Of a stretch of DNA of 64,000 nt, positions 20,602-29,064 are shown piece by piece; positions within the stretch are counted from its first letter, which is position 1; each line of letters opens with the position of its first letter. Source of the DNA: an uncultured Planctomycetia bacterium (GTDB taxonomy: Bacteria; Omnitrophota; Gorgyraeia; Tantalellales; Tantalellaceae); contig CAYPCX010000012.1 of NCBI GenBank assembly GCA_964409365.1, positions 178 to 64,177 on the forward strand, in the 5' to 3' direction. A program made the position numbers and the translations under genes. The notes beneath the pieces are model-generated. The model was given only the letters and a program-made list of their open reading frames with translations. It was not told the origin of the DNA and ran no database searches.

Positions 20602-21453
20602 TCAATAATCAAAACTTATCGTGATACCACCGTAAAATTCGCTCTCGGAGGCATCATTATATGTATCATGATCCAATATAAGTGAATAGGCCACGCTGGG
20701 CGTCACCGTGAAGTGGTTCAGGAAAGGTACGCTCACCTCTGCCGAGAACACCATATCGGCCCAGCCCGACTTATCCGTCCACTGTTCGTCGTTATACCCC
20801 GTGGTCATGGCCGCTGTCGCGGATATGCCGCTTCGGTCGAACTCGAACGTGTGGGATATCCCGAACAGGAAATACGACCCGTCCCCGCCGCCATCCGGGT
20901 TACCTTTGCCTCTTCCCACGTCCCAGTACCAGGTAAAGAACGGCTGGAGCATAATATCGTAGGATACGCCAAAATACACTTCATGCGTGTCGAAGAACTT
21001 GTCGTCCCAGTCGACGTTAGGAAAAGTGTAATAGATATAACCGACAGACGGCGTGAGCGGTTTCAGAAGATCAGGAATGTCGAAGTCCATCTTTTCCGAC
21101 ATCTCGCCCACATTAAAGGTGTAATCGACGGTGTAATCTATCTCGGTGAACTCCAGATATCGGCCGTTATCTTTTTCCTTGTCGCTGTTCAGCGTGTAGT
21201 TCGCCCACCAGTCGAACGTAAGGCCCCACTTGGACACCGAACCGTCGAGCTGCATTACCGGCTCGTCCCCAAGGTTCCACCCTCTCCATATATATTTGGT
21301 CATGAACGCCGTCGACAGTGAGACGTCCGGCATCCATCCCTCTTTTTCCGGAAGCCAGTCCTTGTCCGTGTCCAGGACCGCATACGCGTTCGCGGCAATA
21401 CCAAGGAACAACGCGACGGCTATCCAGATCAGCTTACCGTTCATTTTGGTCAT
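20602..21453 (-). CDS. putative outer-membrane beta-barrel (porin-like) protein co-oriented with amtB-glnK
   Basis: 283 aa; signal peptide (ANAYA), alternating amphipathic strands rich in Y/W/G/D, C-terminal aromatic ...SFDY. Confidence 0.45.
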   Translation of the reverse strand: MTKMNGKLIWIAVALFLGIAANAYAVLDTDKDWLPEKEGWMPDVSLSTAFMTKYIWRGWNLGDEPVMQLDGSVSKWGLTFDWWANYTLNSDKEKDNGRYLEFTEIDYTVDYTFNVGEMSEKMDFDIPDLLKPLTPSVGYIYYTFPNVDWDDKFFDTHEVYFGVSYDIMLQPFFTWYWDVGRGKGNPDGGGDGSYFLFGISHTFEFDRSGISATAAMTTGYNDEQWTDKSGWADMVFSAEVSVPFLNHFTVTPSVAYSLILDHDTYNDASESEFYGGITISFDY

Positions 21454-21537
21454 TTTTTTCCTCCTTTAAATAAAAAAGCCCTTTCTGATCTCTCCTAGAT
21501 CAAAAAGGGCTTCTATGCCTTGTAAACTTCTTTGTTT
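21454..21537 (-). promoter_or_regulatory. ANTAR-type dual-hairpin antiterminator element plus intrinsic terminator in leader of porin-amtB-glnK operon
   Basis: Minus strand: P1 aaac-AAAGAA-gttt (21524..21537), 4-nt linker, P2 ggc-AUAGAA-gcc (21508..21519) overlapping terminator aagcccttt...aaagggctt (21476..21512), U-tract, SD AGGAGG, ATG. Confidence 0.55.
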
Positions 21538-21569
21538 TTACACGCCTCGACTCCGCGGGGCGCGCCCTG

Positions 21570-22274
21570 CTACCACTTTCTTATCTCATGCGATATGATT
21601 ATGGCCTCCGCTATCTCCTTCATGCTCACGCGTTTGTTCATGCTGGATTTCCTTATAAGGTTGTAGGCCTCGTTCTCCGAAAGGTCCTGCTCCTTCATGA
21701 GGATCCCTTTCGCCTTTTCCACCTTCTTCCTGGTATCCAGCTCTTCCTGTATGACCTTCGTCTTGACCATGAGCTCGGTATTCTCGATGGCTACCGCCGC
21801 CTGGTTGGCCACAGCGCTCAACATGTTCACGTCGCTTTTCGTATACTCGTATGACTCCACGGTATAGACGTTGATCACACCGACGACCCTGTCCTTTACC
21901 ATCATCGGCACGCTCAGCATCGAGACAAGGCCTTCTTCCTTCGCCAGTTTTTTCTCTTTATATCTTTTGTCCTTCGCTACATCCTTGATCATAATGGGCT
22001 TTTTATCCTTGGCCACGAGGCCCACGATACCCTCGCCCACCTTGAGCGACCTTTCCTTGAGGTACTTTTGGCTCATCGACTGGGTCGCCCTGATCTTGAG
22101 CTCCCGCGTATCGGCATCGAGAAGCCACAGCGAGCATATCTTGGCGCTCATCACGTTAGCCGTGAGGTTCACCACGAGCTTGAGGATATCCTCAAGGTAC
22201 AGGTCGCTCGTTATGGCCTTGCTGATCTTGTTCAATGTCGCAAGGTAATCCTTCTCCGATGACTTCTTCATCAT
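21570..22274 (-). CDS. GAF-ANTAR RNA-binding antiterminator regulator
   Basis: 234 aa; N-terminal GAF-like domain; C-terminal ANTAR helices ...AKGILMKEQDLSENEAYNLIRKSSMNKRVSMKEIAEAII... Confidence 0.8.
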   Translation of the reverse strand: MMKKSSEKDYLATLNKISKAITSDLYLEDILKLVVNLTANVMSAKICSLWLLDADTRELKIRATQSMSQKYLKERSLKVGEGIVGLVAKDKKPIMIKDVAKDKRYKEKKLAKEEGLVSMLSVPMMVKDRVVGVINVYTVESYEYTKSDVNMLSAVANQAAVAIENTELMVKTKVIQEELDTRKKVEKAKGILMKEQDLSENEAYNLIRKSSMNKRVSMKEIAEAIIISHEIRKW

Positions 22275-22280
22275 ACGCTC

Positions 22281-24431
22281 CTACATAAGGAACAGCATCT
22301 CCGCGTAAGACGGCAGCGGCCAGACATTTTCCGGGATGAGGCCTTCGAGTGCGTCCACTATCTTACGCAGCTCGTTCATATCCGAGATCATCCCGGATGT
22401 CGAGTCCTTTTCTATGCTTTTTTCCAGCTCCTTGACGCCTTTCAGCGCGTCCTCGGTAAGTGAACATATCCCTTTCAAAAGCACCTGGGCCTCGGGGTTC
22501 TTGCAACCGCACCCCTGTACGTCCTCGATCGTGCCCGCGAGGTCGCTCTGGTATTCAAGCGCCGCCGGGATGATCATCGTATTGGCCATTGTTAGAGCTA
22601 TTCCCGCCTCGATCGTTATCGCCTTCTCGTACTGTTCCATGTATATCTCGCCGCGGGACAAAAGCTCCGACTTGGAGAGCACCTCGTGCCTTTCGAAAAG
22701 GTCCACTATCCTTTTATCCTTCACGACCTTGAGCGCTTCGGGAGTCGTTTTCAGGTTAGGCAGACCTCTCTTCTTGGCCTCTTTGTGCCACTTCTCGGTG
22801 TAATTGTCGCCGTCGAAGAGTATCCTTTTATGCTTCTTGACGATGTCCCGCAATATGGCCTGCAATGACTTGTTGAAATTCTTTCCGGCTTCTTTGTCGG
22901 CTTCCAGTTTCGTGCATATCTCATCCAGGGCGTCCGCCACTATGGTGTTAAGGACCACGTTGGAGCCCGCGCAGCTCTGGTTCGATCCCACCATGCGGAA
23001 CTCGAACTTGTTGCCCGTAAAAGCAAAGGGCGAGGTCCTGTTCCTGTCGGTCACGTCCCTGGGAAGGGTCGGGATCGAGGTAACACCCAGTTCTATAGTT
23101 TTAGCTTTTTTAGATGCCTTTGTTTTCCCTTTGCCGCCGATCTGTTCTATTATCTCCGTCAGCTGGTCCCCCAGAAATATCGACAGTATGGCCGGCGGGG
23201 CCTCATTCGCGCCGAGCCGGTGGTCGTTACCCGCCGTGGCGACGCTTGCCCTCAGCATATCGGCATAGGTATCGATGGCCTTCATCAGGGCACACACCAT
23301 GGTAAGGAATTTCGCGTTCTCCCTCGGATTATCCCCGGGGGCAAGCCAGTTCTTCCCGTCGGGCCCGCAGATCGACCAGTTGTTGTGCTTGCCCGAGCCG
23401 TTCACGCCGGCGTAGGGCTTTTCATGAAGAAGGCACACAAGTCCGTATTTCTCGGCCGTCTTCTTGAGGACTTCCATGGTCACCATGTTGTGGTCCACCG
23501 AAAGGTTCTGCTCCTCGAAAACGGGAGCTATCTCGAACTGCGCCGGGCATACCTCGTTGTGGCGGGTCTTAGCCGGGATACCCAGCCTCCAGAGTTCGCG
23601 GTCCAGGTCGTCCATGAACGACAGTACCCTTGTCTTGATGGCCCCAAAGTAATGGTCTTCCAGCTGCTGGTGTTTGGCCGGGGCCCTGCCGAAAAGCGTC
23701 CTGCCGGTCTGTATCAGGTCGAGCCGCTTTTCATAATGCGCCTTGTCGATGAGGAAATATTCCTGTTCCGGCCCCAGCGTGGAGTACGCCCTCTTATTTT
23801 TCACGTCTATCCCGAACAGCTTCGCCAGACGGCAGACCTGCCTGGAAAGGGCGTTCACCGACCTTAAAAGAGGCGTCTTTTTATCGAGGGCCTCACCGTG
23901 ATAAGAATAAAACGCCGTCGGTATACAAAGGGTGGCGCCGTTCTCCCCTTCTTTTATAAAGGCGGGAGATGTGGGGTCCCATGCCGTGTAACCGCGCGCC
24001 TCAAAAGTAGCCCTTAAGCCCCCGGACGGAAAACTTGACGCGTCAGGCTCGCCTTTTATAAGCTCTTTTCCGGAAAAGGATAGCATTACACCCCCTTCGT
24101 CGTCAGGGTTGATGAACGCGTCATGCTTCTCGGCTGTAGCTCCGGTAAGCGGCTGGAACCAATGGGTAAAGTGGGTCGCCCCTTTCGAAACAGCCCAGGT
24201 CTTCATGGCGTCGGCTACCTCGTCCGCGATCTTCGGGTCCAGGGAACGGCCCTCCCTTATCGTCGATATGAGCGACTTATAAGCTGTATCCGACAGGTAG
24301 TTCCTCATATTCTTGATGCTGAACACGTTCTCACCGTAGAACTCCGGAACGTTATCGATATTCAACATTCTTTCTCTTTTTGCCATGGTCTTTTCTCCTT
24401 CTTTTACCTTCAAAGCTGTTGTTCTTAACAT
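22281..24431 (-). CDS. glnN: glutamine synthetase type III
   Basis: ~717-733 aa, GSIII size; ORF-track start at 24482 is GTG; ATG at 24431 (MLRTT) or 24386 (MAKRER) with SD more plausible. Confidence 0.8.
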   Translation of the reverse strand: MLRTTALKVKEGEKTMAKRERMLNIDNVPEFYGENVFSIKNMRNYLSDTAYKSLISTIREGRSLDPKIADEVADAMKTWAVSKGATHFTHWFQPLTGATAEKHDAFINPDDEGGVMLSFSGKELIKGEPDASSFPSGGLRATFEARGYTAWDPTSPAFIKEGENGATLCIPTAFYSYHGEALDKKTPLLRSVNALSRQVCRLAKLFGIDVKNKRAYSTLGPEQEYFLIDKAHYEKRLDLIQTGRTLFGRAPAKHQQLEDHYFGAIKTRVLSFMDDLDRELWRLGIPAKTRHNEVCPAQFEIAPVFEEQNLSVDHNMVTMEVLKKTAEKYGLVCLLHEKPYAGVNGSGKHNNWSICGPDGKNWLAPGDNPRENAKFLTMVCALMKAIDTYADMLRASVATAGNDHRLGANEAPPAILSIFLGDQLTEIIEQIGGKGKTKASKKAKTIELGVTSIPTLPRDVTDRNRTSPFAFTGNKFEFRMVGSNQSCAGSNVVLNTIVADALDEICTKLEADKEAGKNFNKSLQAILRDIVKKHKRILFDGDNYTEKWHKEAKKRGLPNLKTTPEALKVVKDKRIVDLFERHEVLSKSELLSRGEIYMEQYEKAITIEAGIALTMANTMIIPAALEYQSDLAGTIEDVQGCGCKNPEAQVLLKGICSLTEDALKGVKELEKSIEKDSTSGMISDMNELRKIVDALEGLIPENVWPLPSYAEMLFLM

Positions 24432-24549
24432 TTTAACACCCTTCCGTTTAAAATCAACATATAAAAAAACGTCCCATTCCACCGCCAGCTTTGCGGCTGA
24501 AATAGGACGTCTTCATCCTGCCTGTCTTGTCCGGGACCGCGGTGCCCGG

Positions 24550-24581
24550 AAATAAAAAAGGCGTTCTTCCCAGAACGCCTC
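24550..24581 (-). promoter_or_regulatory. intrinsic terminator/attenuator hairpin inside the glnN 5' leader
   Basis: aggcgttc-ugggaa-gaacgccu then UUUUUAUUU on minus strand, downstream of the 24615..24642 promoter and upstream of glnN start. Confidence 0.55.
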
Positions 24582-24614
24582 ATCGCAATTTGTGCACCAT
24601 CTTCGTGCAATTCT

Positions 24615-24642
24615 ATTTTACATGTTTTGCTGTTTTTGTCAA
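24615..24642 (-). promoter_or_regulatory. sigma70-type promoter (TTGACA-17-TAAAAT) for glnN
   Basis: Minus strand reads ttgacaaaaacagcaaaacatgtaaaat just after the hydrolase stop codon. Confidence 0.5.
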
Positions 24643-24648
24643 TACCTT

Positions 24649-26844
24649 TTATCTCACTTTTTTCACTTTACAGGCCGTGTCTTGTGAAAACTCCCGGATA
24701 TTTAACCGCAAAACCCCGCTCTTTGTGGATACCTTTTCCCTGGATATGACATCTCCCTTGAACGTGTCCCACCATTCCACCTTGTAAGCGCCTTCTTCGA
24801 GGTCAAAGACATCCAGGTAAGCGTTTTTGATAGGGGCCGGTTCTTTTGAATAGTAGGTGTTCTTCCAGTTATAGCTCTTATTCTGTATCCAGAAAAGGAT
24901 CTCATCCCCCACCACAAGACCGAGACACCTCGCGTTGGCGTATATTTCGCTGACGTAATCCGTCAGTGTGATCTCTTTTATGCCTATCCAGTCCTTCCCG
25001 GAGTTCTCGATACGGATAGCATGCTTCCCGGCGGGCACGCGTATTTCCAGGAACTGGTCATATACACACTGATATACCTTTTTATCCCTGCGGTAAAGAC
25101 TTCTTTTCCAGGGACCTTCCTTGCCCGGCCCGGTAGTGAACTCCCGGTCCAGCACTTTTTTATCGTCAAGATAGACCAAAAGCCGCGCCTGGTGCGCGAC
25201 CATGCCGACCTTTATCCTGAAGTTCCCTTCGGACGGAAAATCCACGTGATAGACCTGCTTCCCGTCTAACTTCGCGCCTTTCTCTCCCTGGAGATATTTA
25301 GTCGGTGTTCCGCCGATCAGGTCCCCGTTCTTCAGAACGGTGAATTCCTTTGCGTAGACCTTGCCCCATTTATCTGCCGGTTTGATCGTAAGATCTTTCA
25401 GGGCCGGTTTCTTCTTAGGGGCCTTCTTCGAAATGACCTGGCTCGTCACGGGGACTTTAACTATTTCCGAATCCCAGTTCACCCCCCGGAGAAACGCGTT
25501 CAGGCCCTTATAATGAAAATAAAGGTTCTTCGGCCTGATATAAGTATCCCACCACCAGCCCATAGCTGAACCGAAATACCTGCTCAGCGCGGTAGCCCAT
25601 ATACTGTTGTGAAGCAGTGTTCCTTTTCCGCCCGGATCATAGACCTTGTCGTCCTTGCCGGCATCCATCCCTATCTCGGCTATGAGGAACGGCTTATCAT
25701 ATACGGCCGCGAGCTCATAAGACTTCTGTATGCTCTCACTCACCACGTCCTTCACGGTCCTGTTCCCGTACAGGTGGATAGTTATGACGTCAATGTCTTT
25801 CACCGACCAGACCTTGCCCTTGTCAAAGATCTCTCCCCAGGGATATCCCATGCTGGTGGTCAAAAACTGTCCGTGCGGGTTGATCTCTTTTACGAAGGCA
25901 GACATCTCCTCTATCCATTCTCTTGGCGCATTAAGCTCGTTCCAGAACTCGAACGCCAGGATATTAGGCGAATAGCTCCACCTGGAGATAATGTATCTCA
26001 ACTTGTTCTTGTACCAGCGTTTCGCTTCGGGATCGGTAAAAAGATCCTCCGGCCGCGTACAGGGCCCTCCGTTCTTCCTGTTATAGGGATTCATCCCCCA
26101 CCTGTCTTCTGACCAGGATCCCTTTTCGATCATCAGGTCTCCGTACGTCCCAAGGCAGAGTATTATATATATGCCCCTTTTCTTCGCAAGATCGAGAAGC
26201 TTATCCAGATCCAGGGAAGCGTCCCTGTCATACCTGCCCATTTTTTCCCACTCGATCTGGAACGACCACTCCGAAAGCCAAACCCTTGTAAGATTACACC
26301 CGTTCTTTTCCAGCTCAGTGAAATACCTGTCAAAAACGGAAAGGCTGTTCTCATACGCCCAGGCTATGTTATGCCCTATACCGAAAAATGGCTCTCCTGA
26401 ATCGAATACCAGGTAATACGGATTGTTCCTGCTGCGCCGCAGGAATCCCCTGTTTTCGCTTTTTCTTACGTCAAAATGGCGGGTCCCGGTATTTTCATCC
26501 AGGGTTTTCGCAGCCGCATGCAGGGAATAATCGTACCTGCCCGGAACAACAGGGGTAAACCTGACCTCCCACAAGGAGATACCAGTACCCTTCTTATTGT
26601 AAAGACAGAAAGCCGGGATGGTCACTCGTCCTCCGTCGGGCAGGGTTATCCTGGCCTCGACCTTCACGTTGCCGGGATCGTTGGGATTTCCGTTGAAATA
26701 AGGCAGGGTGAACTCTAATATGAACGGCTCATATTGCCTGACCTTTTGCGGGCCGCTTACTTCCAAAGCCGCAGCTGACGCCGCAAGAAAGCAAAGAAAC
26801 ACCGCGAAAGCGGTGATCGCGCGCCTGCAAAAACGGGTATTCAT
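24649..26844 (-). CDS. secreted TIM-barrel glycoside hydrolase (GH5/GH140-like) with N-terminal Ig-like domain
   Basis: 731 aa; signal peptide; FEFWNE (NE catalytic acid/base as in GH5 clan A); N-terminal beta-sandwich resembling DUF5060. Confidence 0.45.
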   Translation of the reverse strand: MNTRFCRRAITAFAVFLCFLAASAAALEVSGPQKVRQYEPFILEFTLPYFNGNPNDPGNVKVEARITLPDGGRVTIPAFCLYNKKGTGISLWEVRFTPVVPGRYDYSLHAAAKTLDENTGTRHFDVRKSENRGFLRRSRNNPYYLVFDSGEPFFGIGHNIAWAYENSLSVFDRYFTELEKNGCNLTRVWLSEWSFQIEWEKMGRYDRDASLDLDKLLDLAKKRGIYIILCLGTYGDLMIEKGSWSEDRWGMNPYNRKNGGPCTRPEDLFTDPEAKRWYKNKLRYIISRWSYSPNILAFEFWNELNAPREWIEEMSAFVKEINPHGQFLTTSMGYPWGEIFDKGKVWSVKDIDVITIHLYGNRTVKDVVSESIQKSYELAAVYDKPFLIAEIGMDAGKDDKVYDPGGKGTLLHNSIWATALSRYFGSAMGWWWDTYIRPKNLYFHYKGLNAFLRGVNWDSEIVKVPVTSQVISKKAPKKKPALKDLTIKPADKWGKVYAKEFTVLKNGDLIGGTPTKYLQGEKGAKLDGKQVYHVDFPSEGNFRIKVGMVAHQARLLVYLDDKKVLDREFTTGPGKEGPWKRSLYRRDKKVYQCVYDQFLEIRVPAGKHAIRIENSGKDWIGIKEITLTDYVSEIYANARCLGLVVGDEILFWIQNKSYNWKNTYYSKEPAPIKNAYLDVFDLEEGAYKVEWWDTFKGDVISREKVSTKSGVLRLNIREFSQDTACKVKKVR

Positions 26845-26853
26845 TACGCTTTT

Positions 26854-27117
26854 TTACACCCGTTGCACTCTTTGTGAGACTCTTCCGGTCAACCTCCAAC
26901 CCACGAAAATAGCCGCTGTTATGGTCACTCCGAGCATCAGGTCTTTAGCCACATTACCCGAGATGAGCAATAGCTCACCATTCCAAAGATGGTCCACCAC
27001 GCCGAATATCGCGGCGCCGTAAAGCATCAGGTTGAGCTGCCATAGCCGGGCGGTCCTTTTTTTCGCCCAGATGACCGTCGTAACCGCTGAAGTCACTAGT
27101 GGAACTGTGTAACACAT
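26854..27117 (-). CDS. small membrane protein, hypothetical
   Basis: 87 aa, two or three predicted TM helices. Confidence 0.3.
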   Translation of the reverse strand: MCYTVPLVTSAVTTVIWAKKRTARLWQLNLMLYGAAIFGVVDHLWNGELLLISGNVAKDLMLGVTITAAIFVGWRLTGRVSQRVQRV

Positions 27118-27142
27118 GGTCTTTCCTCCTTTTTATCTTTTC

Positions 27143-28558
27143 TTAAAAGTCAAGGTGCGCTCTTGCGCCGTACACAAATATGGTCTGGTGGTCGCCCTGT
27201 GGTGAGGACTTTCCTATACCGTTCGGGTTCCAGATAACCTGAAAGTCAGGGCTTATGCCGAGATACGGGTTCAACTGACACCTGTAATATGCCTCAAAAT
27301 GGCCTTCGGCAAAACCGGCATCAGCGGCTCTTTTATATTCTTCACTCGGGAAAAGCTGTCCCACCGCGACCGCGATCACATCTTCTTCCCTGTTCCAGTA
27401 CTTGCCGGTCATCTGTGCGCCCGCCGACCACATCCATTCTACGGTCGGCCCCCCGTCGGCGGGGATAAGATCCGGCCTCTGCCACCCGCACCGCGTGAAG
27501 AAACCGAAGACATCTGTCACCATCTGATCCCAGGTCAACCCGAACCCGTAATTGATCTCCTTGTTGTCACTGCTCTCCGCTTGGCCCAGTTCCGTCAGCT
27601 TCGTATGGAACCTGTCGTTGACCCATCCGTAGAACCTGTAATTGCCTTCATACTGTTCGGGATCCGCCCCGAAAAGGGTCGCAGGTCTCAGGTTGACCTG
27701 CCCTATATAAACGCCGCCTTCGAATACGTCTTCCCAGTTAGCGTCACCTTCAAAAAAACCCGCGCTGAGGACCAGGAATTCGGCCGACTTGGGGCTCACT
27801 TCCGCCCGTAACCCGAAAGCGTTATCGGACGGCCATTCAAGCACGGGAGAATTATTAAAGAGCCCACCGAGGAACTGCGAAGTGTCATCGTTGGCATATT
27901 TGTTATCATCGAAATAATCCGTCGGGTCCAGCTTGCCAGCGGTTACCGTGAACTGTTTATCGAAAAGGTATTGTTCGTAATAGAACTTGTTCCCGATAAC
28001 GTCCGCTCCGGTGTCGTTGGCATTGTTATTTACGATGCTGAAAAGGGCCATCTCACCGTTGAGCGTGTCTCCCTGCCCTATTTCCAGCTCGATAAAAGCG
28101 CGCCCCCAATCCGCGAACCTGTGCTCTATGTCTATATCCCCTTTCCACGAACCATCGAAACGGCTGTCCTCGTCAGCCCCGGCATTATTGGCGTTCGGCG
28201 TACCCTGGACGATCGCCGTTACGTTGGCTCCTATCCTGAAACCCTCCCACTCTAGGACCTCGCTGATCTGTCTCTTGTGATCCACGTGTATGCCGCCTTT
28301 TTCGATCGGGACTTCTCTTTCATGGAACTTTTTGATAATCGGCCCTTCCGGCTTACCTTGCTGCGCCCCCTCGGCGGCAGTACCCTTTGGGGGCATACTT
28401 TGTTCGGAGACTTTCGCTTCAAGTTCGGCTACCCTCGCTTTCAGGGACCGGATCTCTTCCATGAGCTCTTTCACCGTAGGTTCGCCCCCTCCCGCCCGGG
28501 CGGGAACACAGTAAAGGATGAATACGAGGAACATAAAAATCAACATAACCCTTTTCAT
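27143..28558 (-). CDS. OprB-like carbohydrate-selective porin with N-terminal coiled coil
   Basis: 471 aa; signal peptide, coiled-coil KELMEEIRSLKARVAELEAKV, beta-barrel periodicity, terminal ...AHLDF. Confidence 0.45.
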   Translation of the reverse strand: MKRVMLIFMFLVFILYCVPARAGGGEPTVKELMEEIRSLKARVAELEAKVSEQSMPPKGTAAEGAQQGKPEGPIIKKFHEREVPIEKGGIHVDHKRQISEVLEWEGFRIGANVTAIVQGTPNANNAGADEDSRFDGSWKGDIDIEHRFADWGRAFIELEIGQGDTLNGEMALFSIVNNNANDTGADVIGNKFYYEQYLFDKQFTVTAGKLDPTDYFDDNKYANDDTSQFLGGLFNNSPVLEWPSDNAFGLRAEVSPKSAEFLVLSAGFFEGDANWEDVFEGGVYIGQVNLRPATLFGADPEQYEGNYRFYGWVNDRFHTKLTELGQAESSDNKEINYGFGLTWDQMVTDVFGFFTRCGWQRPDLIPADGGPTVEWMWSAGAQMTGKYWNREEDVIAVAVGQLFPSEEYKRAADAGFAEGHFEAYYRCQLNPYLGISPDFQVIWNPNGIGKSSPQGDHQTIFVYGARAHLDF

Positions 28559-28573
28559 GGCACACCGCCCCCT

Positions 28574-28990
28574 TTAGACAAGGTCTTTACCGGTCGTCGC
28601 CGCAGTAAGCTGACCGTGCTTCACGCCCTTTGTTGCCCTCAATTTATTAGCAAGGTCCTGGACTTCCCGAGGTTTCCCCTTCACGACTATAATTTCCAGA
28701 CAATTATGATGGTCCAGATGGATATGCTGGTTGGCTATGATAAGGTGGTGGAAATCATGCTGCACATCGACAAGCGAGTTCAGGAGATCCCTCTTGTGGT
28801 GGTCATAGACAATGGTGATCGTCCCCGCCACTTCTTCCTTCCCGAACCATTCTTTTTTGACGAGCTTTTCCCGTATGAGGTCCCTGAAGGCCTCCGAACG
28901 GTTGACATACTTTTCTTCTTTTATCAGTCCGTCGAATTTATCAAGAAGCCCTTTATCAAGCGAGACCCCGAAACGGATCAGGTCTGACAT
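28574..28990 (-). CDS. nikR: nickel-responsive transcriptional regulator NikR
   Basis: 138 aa from ATG at 28990 (SD GGGAGG); N-terminal RHH (IRFGVSLDKGLLDKFD), C-terminal ACT-like domain with H..H..C metal site (DHHNCLE). Confidence 0.85.
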   Translation of the reverse strand: MSDLIRFGVSLDKGLLDKFDGLIKEEKYVNRSEAFRDLIREKLVKKEWFGKEEVAGTITIVYDHHKRDLLNSLVDVQHDFHHLIIANQHIHLDHHNCLEIIVVKGKPREVQDLANKLRATKGVKHGQLTAATTGKDLV

Positions 28991-29000
28991 CTTGCCTCCC

Positions 29001-29027
29001 GTGTTACGATTTATCAAATAGTAACAC
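29001..29027. promoter_or_regulatory. NikR operator-like dyad GTGTTAC-N13-GTAACAC overlapping nikR promoter/RBS
   Basis: Perfect 7-bp inverted repeat with 13-bp spacer read directly; matches a described non-enterobacterial NikR box type. Confidence 0.55.
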
Positions 29028-29064
29028 GTAAGGGGTCTTGCGTCAAGCGCCTGAGGATCTTTTT

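Noticed and set aside
24432-24482. ORF-track N-terminal extensions that begin at non-ATG codons (glnN at 24482 GTG, nikR at 29017 TTG, CPBP at 60761 TTG, nuoC-like at 41848, sufC at 55910, tlpA at 5365)
   Set aside because: Downstream ATG with proper SD and homology-consistent N-termini are more plausible; the extensions overlap upstream genes or repeats
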